Of a stretch of DNA of 64,000 nucleotides, positions 50,058 to 57,714 are shown piece by piece. A program made the position numbers and the translations under genes. The DNA comes from a phage, in the NCBI GenBank assembly GCA_019566135.1, contig GCA_019566135.1_3044.1. One strand, 5' to 3'. The first letter of the stretch is position 1; each line of letters opens with the position of its first letter. Under the pieces are notes generated by a model that saw only the letters and a program-made list of their open reading frames with translations, did not search any database and was not told where the DNA came from.

Positions 50058-50369
50058 TGGCGCAGTAATATTTTCTGCATCATTTAGTAAATCATTAATT
50101 TCATCAGATAGCATAACACATGTACCTTTATTTCCTGTAATTGTTACTGCACAATTACGAACGTTTTCTTTATCAAATTTTAGGTTAATATTTTCGTAGT
50201 GAAAATCCTTTAATGCCGAATATATCTTTAAAATGAAATTGTCTTTTACTACAATAAACCCAACCTCACTATTAAAACGCGGTTCATGGAAACTGTAATA
50301 AACCTTTTCATCTATAAAATCGTATGAAATTTTTTCCATTTTTAAATATGAAAATTCAGAACTATACAT
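50013..50369 (-). CDS. Hypothetical protein (118 aa), truncated paralog of the next ORF
   Basis: Shares FIVVKDN motif and C-terminal SIDDQIFNAFMN(R/K)G with 50371..51003. Confidence 0.55.
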   Translation of the reverse strand: MYSSEFSYLKMEKISYDFIDEKVYYSFHEPRFNSEVGFIVVKDNFILKIYSALKDFHYENINLKFDKENVRNCAVTITGNKGTCVMLSDEINDLLNDAENITAPSIDDQIFNAFMNRG

Positions 50370-50415
50370 ATTAACCTTTATTCATAAAAGCATTAAAAAT
50401 TTGATCGTCAATAGA
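50367..50415 (-). repeat. 49-bp gene-junction direct repeat, copy B
   Basis: See copy A. Confidence 0.8.
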
Positions 50416-51003
50416 AACTTTTACTTTAGGCTGTTCTTCAAACGGTAATTCATATCCACATATTACAATTTTGTGATCGATACCAAAATACACAGAAGCA
50501 ATATTATTAATATTATTTTCAGTGAAATCTAAATCAACATCAATATCTTTTTGACTAACGCTCAAAGGATAATTAATACGAATAATTCGATTATCTTTAA
50601 CAAAGATTCCACCGACATACTCTGTGCTGCGTTTAAAGTTTACACGTTTCCTAAATGAAAAATATTCAGGTTCTTTATGGGCTCGACTCATAGGGCTTAA
50701 AGTGTATTCCGAATATGAAATATCAAATCCTACACCTTCAATATGAGCCAAAGTGTCATGATTAAACCAATTATAATCGTATGCCAAATCCATTAAATTG
50801 TAATATGTGAAAGGCACCGGATTAACATCATATGTTGTACCTTTAAAATCTGCCCAGGCAACGATTTCGTTATCTTTAACAATTACAAAAATTGTGCCAA
50901 TAAGATATCCACGGTTATTTTCATCAGGCGTTATATTATAACATTGTGCATCAGGAAATTTACCGTATTTAAACGGTGGATTTTTGTGCATATAATAAAT
51001 CAT
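50371..51003 (-). CDS. Gene 61.2-position protein (210 aa); possibly the anti-DarT factor AdfA family
   Basis: Position between 61 and sp; internal repeats of an IFVKDN-like motif; AdfA assignment is from memory of the literature. Confidence 0.45.
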   Translation of the reverse strand: MIYYMHKNPPFKYGKFPDAQCYNITPDENNRGYLIGTIFVIVKDNEIVAWADFKGTTYDVNPVPFTYYNLMDLAYDYNWFNHDTLAHIEGVGFDISYSEYTLSPMSRAHKEPEYFSFRKRVNFKRSTEYVGGIFVKDNRIIRINYPLSVSQKDIDVDLDFTENNINNIASVYFGIDHKIVICGYELPFEEQPKVKVSIDDQIFNAFMNKG

Positions 51004-51004
51004 A

Positions 51005-51298
51005 TTATTCGCCTGTGATTTCGGTTACGATATTTTTGTTATTAAAGTTTTTATCGCAATACAGAACATAATTATACTGCATTACACCACCAGACTTAAG
51101 TTGTTTTTGCACTTCAGCTTTCATTTCAGGACGATCGCGCTCAACGATATTCATAATATCCGCTTCAATTTGAGTTTCAACTTCAGTCTGATCTGCAGTC
51201 ATAGACCATTCACACAAATCTTTATCATATCCTGCCATAGCAGGCTGAGTAGCACAAGAAGCCAAAGTAAAAATTGTAGCAAAAATAAATTTTTTCAT
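51005..51298 (-). CDS. sp: Spackle periplasmic protein
   Basis: 97 aa with signal peptide MKKFIFATIFTLASCATQPAMA; size and position as T4 sp. Confidence 0.75.
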   Translation of the reverse strand: MKKFIFATIFTLASCATQPAMAGYDKDLCEWSMTADQTEVETQIEADIMNIVERDRPEMKAEVQKQLKSGGVMQYNYVLYCDKNFNNKNIVTEITGE

Positions 51299-51358
51299 GA
51301 TAATCTCCTCAGTAGTTTATGTTTATATAGTATCTCAATTTCCAACAAAAGTAAACAG

Positions 51359-51616
51359 CTATTTTAAAACTTCTGCGTAATCACATGTTACAAACTGTTT
51401 CTCTAGCTTAACGATTTTACGAAAATACCTTTTATACTGACGAATCTGCCTCTTCGTAGGACGTACAGCAAACTTAATAAATTCCACTCGACCAAATGGA
51501 GGACTTTCTTCTGCTGGAATATCTAACACCAATTCCCACGTATCCGCAATAAGTGCTTTGAATTGCGTATTTTTCCTGACGTTATACGGAGTAGGTTTAA
51601 ATAAAACAATATGCAT
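51359..51616 (-). CDS. Gene 61.4-position protein (85 aa); possibly TifA (toxIN inhibitor)
   Basis: ATG 51616 with GAGGA SD inside the dmd 3' end; basic C-terminus. Confidence 0.45.
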   Translation of the reverse strand: MHIVLFKPTPYNVRKNTQFKALIADTWELVLDIPAEESPPFGRVEFIKFAVRPTKRQIRQYKRYFRKIVKLEKQFVTCDYAEVLK

Positions 51617-51617
51617 A

Positions 51618-51800
51618 TTATCCTCGGCAATCCACTTCGCACACTTTCTTGTCATCAATGAAAGCTTTAACTAATGCTTTATTAACTTCAGCATATTGAG
51701 TAGTAGCCCATTGAACGTCATCTTTCATCATTGTGATTTCTTTAGTAAACATGCTTTCATTCTTAAACCACCCCATAAAAACTACTTTTACCAATTCCAT
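51618..51800 (-). CDS. dmd: Dmd (discriminator of mRNA degradation; antitoxin against RnlA/LsoA)
   Basis: 60 aa as T4 Dmd; directly downstream of gene 41. Confidence 0.75.
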   Translation of the reverse strand: MELVKVVFMGWFKNESMFTKEITMMKDDVQWATTQYAEVNKALVKAFIDDKKVCEVDCRG

Positions 51801-51858
51801 AACAATCTCCTCATTTAACCAACAAGACTACTATACCATAGTCTTGTCAGCTTGTAAA

Positions 51859-53286
51859 CTAAAATTTTAATTCATTTGCCAAAGCATCTAACTGAGCTCG
51901 AGCTGATTCGTTTCTTTGATAGCGATTCTGTTCAGCCTGAATCTGTTGTGAACCTGCTACTTCACTCACTTCGGTTGGAGTAGAATCTTGTTCAATTTCT
52001 ACCCATTTTTGATTTCCTTTTTGAACACCCATCAAAAACTTATTCCACTTATTCTTATCACCATATCGTGATTTGATTTGCTTAATAAGTTGTTGTTCAG
52101 CAGCTGCTAGCTCCTCAGTTTCAATGACCGCAAGCATAAAATCAGCTGTTGCTGGAAGACCAGCAGATTCTGCAATATCGCTCATGTTAACATCGGAAGA
52201 GTCCCAAGCTTGTTTACCGACCTGTGCTGCAGTCCAAAGAACAGTTTCGGTTTCAACAGCCAGAGCACGCAATTCCTCTGCGATAGCTTTAACAGTTGTG
52301 TAACTATTTTCTGAATAAACTCGGATGCGACAAGATTTACAAATACCCAGATAGTCGACAATAATGATTGTTGGAACAAAATTCTTTTTGAGCTTCAATT
52401 CATTCAAGAGAGACCTGAATGTGTTAGCGTCTGCTCCACCAGTAGGATATTGCTTAACGATTAAACGACCAAGGGTAGATTTCTCACGCCATTTTTCCAT
52501 TTTTCCTTTATATTCAGCGTAAGAAATATGCCCATCATCAATGTCATCAAGAGAAACATCAAGCATGTTAGCGTCAATACGCTTAGCACAGACTTCTTCT
52601 GCCATTTCCATGGAAATGTAAAGAACATTATGACCGAGCTGCAAATAATCTGCCGCTAATGAACACAATCCTAATGATTTACCAACGTTAACGCCAGCCA
52701 TTAAAACGTTCAGTGTTCCAGTCTCAGCTCCGCCTTTAGTAATTTTGTTTAGAATTCTGAGTTTAAATGGAACCTTACGAGCTTTATTCATATAAGATAG
52801 CCAACGCGCTTCATAGTCATCCATCCAATCATGACCAACGTAGCTATCAAATGAAATTGATAATGCTTGGCGCATGATGTCAGGAATAGCACCTACATCT
52901 GGCATTTTCTTATTTCGTTTTTCCGGAGGAAGCTCAGCATTAGTTTGAATTTCGATTATTTTAGACGTAGCATTAAACATCGCCCTTTGCTGAACATATT
53001 TTTCTGTTTCTTTTACTAACCAGCTGTGGTCTTCTGGAGAATCAGCCAGTTTTGAAATAAGTGTTTTTACACCAGAATATTCTGTTTCAGTAAATGAACT
53101 ATTTTCTAATGCAACATTTAACGCATTAATAGATGGAACGCTATGATACTCATTAACATGAGATTTAATTAATTTGAACGTATTTTTAGCTGGACCACTT
53201 TCAAAATATTCTGAATCCATATATGGCCAAACTTTTGAAAAATAAGCTTGATCAAATATAAGATGAGAAAGAATAATTTCTACCAC
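51859..53286 (-). CDS. 41: Replicative DNA helicase gp41
   Basis: 475 aa (same as T4 gp41); DnaB-like Walker motifs. Confidence 0.93.
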   Translation of the reverse strand: MVEIILSHLIFDQAYFSKVWPYMDSEYFESGPAKNTFKLIKSHVNEYHSVPSINALNVALENSSFTETEYSGVKTLISKLADSPEDHSWLVKETEKYVQQRAMFNATSKIIEIQTNAELPPEKRNKKMPDVGAIPDIMRQALSISFDSYVGHDWMDDYEARWLSYMNKARKVPFKLRILNKITKGGAETGTLNVLMAGVNVGKSLGLCSLAADYLQLGHNVLYISMEMAEEVCAKRIDANMLDVSLDDIDDGHISYAEYKGKMEKWREKSTLGRLIVKQYPTGGADANTFRSLLNELKLKKNFVPTIIIVDYLGICKSCRIRVYSENSYTTVKAIAEELRALAVETETVLWTAAQVGKQAWDSSDVNMSDIAESAGLPATADFMLAVIETEELAAAEQQLIKQIKSRYGDKNKWNKFLMGVQKGNQKWVEIEQDSTPTEVSEVAGSQQIQAEQNRYQRNESARAQLDALANELKF

Positions 53287-53295
53287 ACTTACTCC

Positions 53296-53658
53296 TTAAA
53301 AGAATTTAAACTTTTTCTTTGATCTTTTATTAAATGCATCTTGTAGTTGCATTGTAATACATTTTTCTACATGAGGAGCTAACTCAGCTTTTCTTTCTTG
53401 GTCAAGAACAGCAAAGTCCATTACGACTTTTCCATCAACCCAATCTAATTTTGTCACATACACAATGTGTGTAGAACCATCTTCTAGTTTAATGACAATC
53501 TCCTGGATAACATTTTCCATGGCAGATTTAATTATCTTAAGAGATTCATTAAAAAGACGTTCTTTTCTTTCTTCTTCCCCCTCCGAAGAGGGGGATTCAT
53601 CGATAATTTCTAGATCTAAATCTAAATCATCTTTATTCATTAAATTCTTCCATATCAC
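53296..53658 (-). CDS. 40: gp40 (head assembly accessory protein)
   Basis: 120 aa; position between uvsX and 41. Confidence 0.75.
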   Translation of the reverse strand: MIWKNLMNKDDLDLDLEIIDESPSSEGEEERKERLFNESLKIIKSAMENVIQEIVIKLEDGSTHIVYVTKLDWVDGKVVMDFAVLDQERKAELAPHVEKCITMQLQDAFNKRSKKKFKFF

Positions 53659-54814
53659 TTAGCTGATCTAGGTCAGTTTCTAAATCAGCAGCTGATTTAC
53701 TTTTACTTTCTGGAGATTTAAATTTTTCAACTTTTGAGTTAATTAATTCATCAACTTCCGCTTCAACAATTTCATTACTATCAATAGCACCTAACTGATA
53801 AGCACGCTTAATAGCATCACGGAATGGTTGATGCTTAAATAAAGGACCCCAGAATGTAGTGCAGTTGGTATCTTTTGCACGCCAAGATTTTTCTTCGCGA
53901 ATCATCTCGCCGGTTTCTTCATCAAGAAATTCACGAGCATACCAACCATTTTTAGGTTTTACCACGAATCCTAATTCTAGAGCCATATCTAACAATCCAG
54001 AATAAGGATCGATACCGCCGTCAAATTTAACATCAATAAAGAATTTACTTTTTTCTTTAACGGTACGAGATTTTTCTACATTTAGAACAAATTGATACCC
54101 TTGAAGATCAGAACCATCTTTAATCTGACGTTTACCGATAATGAATACGGTATCAGCCGAATACATTACGCCTGTACCACCTGTCATCACGGTTTTACTA
54201 AACATTTCAATTGTTTCAATTGTATGGTTAACCGCAACGCATGGAATATTTTTAATGCTAAAATAAGGAGTAACAATACGGAATAATGACTTCAGTGATT
54301 TAGCACGAGTCATATCTGCCACAGATTTTTCATTCAAGGCATCTTCCGTTTCTTTCTTAGAAGCCATATTACCAATTGAGTCGATGAATACAATAACCTT
54401 TTCACCGCGCTCAATAGCTTCAAGCTGGTTCACCATATCAATTTTCAGCTGTTCAACTGACTGGATTGGCGTATGAATTACTCGTTCCGGGTCAACTCCC
54501 ATGGATCGCAAATAAGCTGGAGTAATACCAAATTCGCTATCATAGAATAGACAAACCGCGTCAGGATATTTGTTCAAATACGCCGCAACCATAGTCAAAG
54601 ACATATTTGATTTAAAGTGTTTAGAAGGACCTGCAAAAATGGTTAAACCAGACTGCATACCACCATCAATCGCACCAGAAATAGCGATATTAAGCATTGG
54701 GATTTTTGTACGGATTACATCCTTTTCATTAAAGAATTTAGATGTAGTCAGTTCAGCAGTCATTTTAGAAGTGGAAGCTTTAATCAAACGGGATTTTAAA
54801 TCTGCAATAGACAT
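53633..54814 (-). CDS. uvsX: Recombinase UvsX (RecA-like)
   Basis: 393 aa; Walker A GPSKHFKS; close match to T4 UvsX as remembered. Confidence 0.93.
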   Translation of the reverse strand: MSIADLKSRLIKASTSKMTAELTTSKFFNEKDVIRTKIPMLNIAISGAIDGGMQSGLTIFAGPSKHFKSNMSLTMVAAYLNKYPDAVCLFYDSEFGITPAYLRSMGVDPERVIHTPIQSVEQLKIDMVNQLEAIERGEKVIVFIDSIGNMASKKETEDALNEKSVADMTRAKSLKSLFRIVTPYFSIKNIPCVAVNHTIETIEMFSKTVMTGGTGVMYSADTVFIIGKRQIKDGSDLQGYQFVLNVEKSRTVKEKSKFFIDVKFDGGIDPYSGLLDMALELGFVVKPKNGWYAREFLDEETGEMIREEKSWRAKDTNCTTFWGPLFKHQPFRDAIKRAYQLGAIDSNEIVEAEVDELINSKVEKFKSPESKSKSAADLETDLDQLSDMEEFNE

Positions 54815-54892
54815 TCATTTTTTTCCATAGGCATCATTATATTTTCCTCACTGGTTAAAGATAGAGTAATTATAACACAATAAATTTAGGCA

Positions 54893-55741
54893 TTAATCAA
54901 CTGCTATTGGATGAATAGCATTAAACTTATGAAATGCTTCTGATTTTTCTTTACGCGAAACACACATGCGAAGAACCTTTAGTGGTTCATCTTCTTCACC
55001 CAACGATTTTCGTTTTTCAATATTCGATGTTTTCCAACGAGCTTGCTCTGGAAACTCTCTATTGATTTGCTCAAGCGCTCTATTATGTTTAGAATTACTA
55101 CGAATTGAACTACACCCGCCAGGAGCTTGTGCTTTTCCAGATACAACTAGATATTTGAACAAGGCCAAATGCGGATAACCTTGATTAATTAAATTGAGAA
55201 ATGCATACATATCTTCGCATAAATCAATTTTTCCATACCCAATTTGTTCTGTCGTAAGTTTTCCAAGGTCATACCAAGTATTCGTGAATCCATATGAATT
55301 TTCACGATAATTACCCCAAGATGAAGTAATTTTAAAAATTGGTAAACGAGCATGACCATGATAATACCCACAATCCATGGCATCTTCAACGTATTGAATC
55401 AATTCATAGAACTGTTCACGAGTTAATTGATTAATTTTATCTACACAGCGACGATCATCTTTCTTTCGCATTGAACTCATACGAATAGTAGTATCATCAT
55501 CAATCATCCAGATTCGTTGACCTGCATACATATCAGTAATTGCTTTACGAGTACCAGCAATTCCATTAACATCATCAGGAATAGTTATAATTTTGGCTTT
55601 AGACCCGTAAGCGTCATAATAAGCTTTTTCTTCGTGTTCACGTACTACAATATGAGGTTCATAATCAGTCGGAAACATATCAAGGGCAGAAACTGCCCCT
55701 ACGCGTTGATAGCTTGGAATTACGAATTGAATCATTTCCAC
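54893..55741 (-). CDS. HMC-DNA glucosyltransferase at the beta-gt locus (282 aa, DxD motif); T2/T6-type second-glucose transferase suspected
   Basis: MIDDDTT DxD motif; sits between uvsX and 42 where T4 has the 351-aa beta-gt. Confidence 0.5.
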   Translation of the reverse strand: MEMIQFVIPSYQRVGAVSALDMFPTDYEPHIVVREHEEKAYYDAYGSKAKIITIPDDVNGIAGTRKAITDMYAGQRIWMIDDDTTIRMSSMRKKDDRRCVDKINQLTREQFYELIQYVEDAMDCGYYHGHARLPIFKITSSWGNYRENSYGFTNTWYDLGKLTTEQIGYGKIDLCEDMYAFLNLINQGYPHLALFKYLVVSGKAQAPGGCSSIRSNSKHNRALEQINREFPEQARWKTSNIEKRKSLGEEDEPLKVLRMCVSRKEKSEAFHKFNAIHPIAVD

Positions 55742-56472
55742 TCACCATTATAATCTTTTTTCACAATATGAGTTTCGCCAGTATTCCACCAATGATCAAC
55801 CAAGTAAAAATGACGAGAATATACATGAAGACTTCCAACATTCCATATAATAGAACCTGCTTTATACTGACGAGTTGAATCACCTGCATTCAAATCAGAT
55901 ACTAATTTATCTAGTACGTATTTTTGCCATGCATAATCATTACGGAATCCGAAGACAACGTCATTTGAACGCATGCTCACTACTGCATTGACTTTCTTAT
56001 CACGAATCAGGTACTGTACTGTATTCGTACACATGAAATCTGACATACCATCTTTATTGTAGTCAAACTGCATGGATGGACGAGTATAAATCATGATACC
56101 GCGTCGAGAATCAGGATTTTGACCAAGTTCAGCTAAACACATATCATACTGGGCATAGTTATCTTCTGACCAGATGGCCCAACCATAATTCGAGTTAATT
56201 TCGCCTTTAGAAGATGCTACCTGTTGCCAAATCTTCGGTGTTTCACCTGGAATATCTTTAACAAACAAACTTTTAGATTTATACCATTCAAGTTCACGCT
56301 GAATGTATTCATCATTAAGAGCGCCAAAAATAAATGGTTCATCTGCTACAAATGATGCGCCAATAATTTCAATAGTTTTAACGCCAGTTTTATCAACTAC
56401 GAAATCTTTTTCCTTTAATGCAAGCCCCAAATGAAGACGGATTTCTTCAACTGTCATAGAGTCACTAATCAT
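55732..56472 (-). CDS. 42: dCMP hydroxymethylase gp42
   Basis: 246 aa (same as T4 gp42); thymidylate-synthase-like fold motifs. Confidence 0.93.
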   Translation of the reverse strand: MISDSMTVEEIRLHLGLALKEKDFVVDKTGVKTIEIIGASFVADEPFIFGALNDEYIQRELEWYKSKSLFVKDIPGETPKIWQQVASSKGEINSNYGWAIWSEDNYAQYDMCLAELGQNPDSRRGIMIYTRPSMQFDYNKDGMSDFMCTNTVQYLIRDKKVNAVVSMRSNDVVFGFRNDYAWQKYVLDKLVSDLNAGDSTRQYKAGSIIWNVGSLHVYSRHFYLVDHWWNTGETHIVKKDYNGEWK

Positions 56473-56479
56473 TTAAACC

Positions 56480-56629
56480 TCAATTGATACATTCATATTT
56501 AACTTGTAACAGTAATAAACCCCAACCTATAATAAGTGTCGGAATCATACAAGGAACCGTTACGCTATAGTATATACTTATTATAATCATCAAGATTAAA
56601 AGCAATACTGCTAAAATTTTGCTTTTCAT
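56480..56629 (-). CDS. Small hydrophobic peptide (49 aa, MKSKILAVLLLILMIIISIYYSVTVPCMIPTLIIGWGLLLLQVKYECIN)
   Basis: ATG overlaps the imm stop (ATGA); stop overlaps the gene 42 SD. Confidence 0.45.
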   Translation of the reverse strand: MKSKILAVLLLILMIIISIYYSVTVPCMIPTLIIGWGLLLLQVKYECIN

Positions 56630-56877
56630 TCCTTCTCTCTGATGATAATTACTTGATTCGGTTGTGCAGATTTTTTAGTTTCACCCGCAATTGACCAAAT
56701 AAATGTAATAAACCAACCAATAATTGACCAGTTAAACAGTAAAGATGTGAAAAAGATTCCTACTGTCGATTTTGACCCGCGCATCAAGGCGATGAACCAC
56801 GGAAGCATGTATATAATAATAGCTAACACGCCTGAAACTAAAACCATAAAAATTGAACCTGCTACTAAAGTTTCCAT
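56626..56877 (-). CDS. imm: Superinfection immunity protein Imm
   Basis: 83 aa with two TM segments; size and position as T4 imm. Confidence 0.8.
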   Translation of the reverse strand: METLVAGSIFMVLVSGVLAIIIYMLPWFIALMRGSKSTVGIFFTSLLFNWSIIGWFITFIWSIAGETKKSAQPNQVIIIREKE

Positions 56878-56884
56878 GTTTTCC

Positions 56885-57265
56885 TCACTTAGTCAAATTT
56901 TTTACACATGAATTATAAGAATTCACTACATACTCCATCGGAGCATTTTTACCAGTACGCCATTGGTAATTATTAGCCCAATTTGCCCAAAGTTCAGCGC
57001 AGTAGTTTTCAATTTTTTCTTCGCGTGTAATTACATCCGAATTACGATATGCTTGAGCAGATTCATCTGGACGAATAGCTTCGTCAAAATTCGCCTGCAT
57101 TTGTTCTACTGTCTGTTTTGGAGCTTCTTTATAACACTTGACATTAGGATTATAAAATTTGCTTGAACAGTTTACAATTTTTCCTACATCAGATTGATTT
57201 ACTACCGGTCCTTGAGCTACACAACCAGTAAGACCCAATGTAATAACCAAAATAGCAATTTTCAT
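56885..57265 (-). CDS. Lipoprotein (lipobox LTGC), 126 aa
   Basis: MKIAILVITLGLTGCVAQG...; several Cys; next to imm. Confidence 0.55.
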   Translation of the reverse strand: MKIAILVITLGLTGCVAQGPVVNQSDVGKIVNCSSKFYNPNVKCYKEAPKQTVEQMQANFDEAIRPDESAQAYRNSDVITREEKIENYCAELWANWANNYQWRTGKNAPMEYVVNSYNSCVKNLTK

Positions 57266-57275
57266 AATAATTTCC

Positions 57276-57533
57276 TCAAATACAAGTAGTAATTACTCCA
57301 GTAGTGCTTACACAGGTATTACCTAATTGAACACCAAGCGTTCCATTAGTATTCATATGAAGATTATCATCAATTTTTGTTGATACTTTACCATTCATGT
57401 GAATAACAGTATTAGATTCAATCACATTCTGAGTGTCATTTTCAATATCAATAAATGGAACAGCTGCTAATGCAACTAGAACAACTGCTAATGCAACTAA
57501 ACACGCTGCTAAACAACCATAAACAATTTTCAT
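57276..57533 (-). CDS. Membrane-anchored small protein (85 aa from ATG 57533)
   Basis: MKIVYGCLAACLVALAVVLVALAAV...; ATG downstream of early promoter. Confidence 0.5.
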   Translation of the reverse strand: MKIVYGCLAACLVALAVVLVALAAVPFIDIENDTQNVIESNTVIHMNGKVSTKIDDNLHMNTNGTLGVQLGNTCVSTTGVITTCI

Positions 57534-57567
57534 TTTATTCTCCAAATCCGTATCAGTTGATAGTTGT

Positions 57568-57597
57568 ATAGTACCATGGAAGAACAGAGATGTAAAC
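57568..57597 (-). promoter_or_regulatory. T4-type early promoter
   Basis: -35 GTTTAC 57597..57592, -10 TGgTACTAT 57576..57568. Confidence 0.65.
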
Positions 57598-57676
57598 CGT
57601 TTTGTGAAAAAATTTTTAATGAATTTACAGGACCTAGAATCATCTATTTTTCCTAAGTATAGATTTATATTACTTG

Positions 57677-57702
57677 TATGAAAAAGGGACCCGGAGGTCC
57701 CT
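57677..57702 (-). terminator. Rho-independent terminator after gene 43
   Basis: AGGGACC-UCCG-GGUCCCU followed by UUUUUCAUAC. Confidence 0.65.
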
Positions 57703-57714
57703 AGATTTATTCTA

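Noticed and set aside
7339-57597. The repeated ~60-bp conserved motif as a possible CRISPR array or tandem repeat family
   Set aside because: Copies are kilobases apart, irregularly spaced, always intergenic, and have a promoter structure (-35, 18-nt spacer, -10); not a repeat-spacer array.
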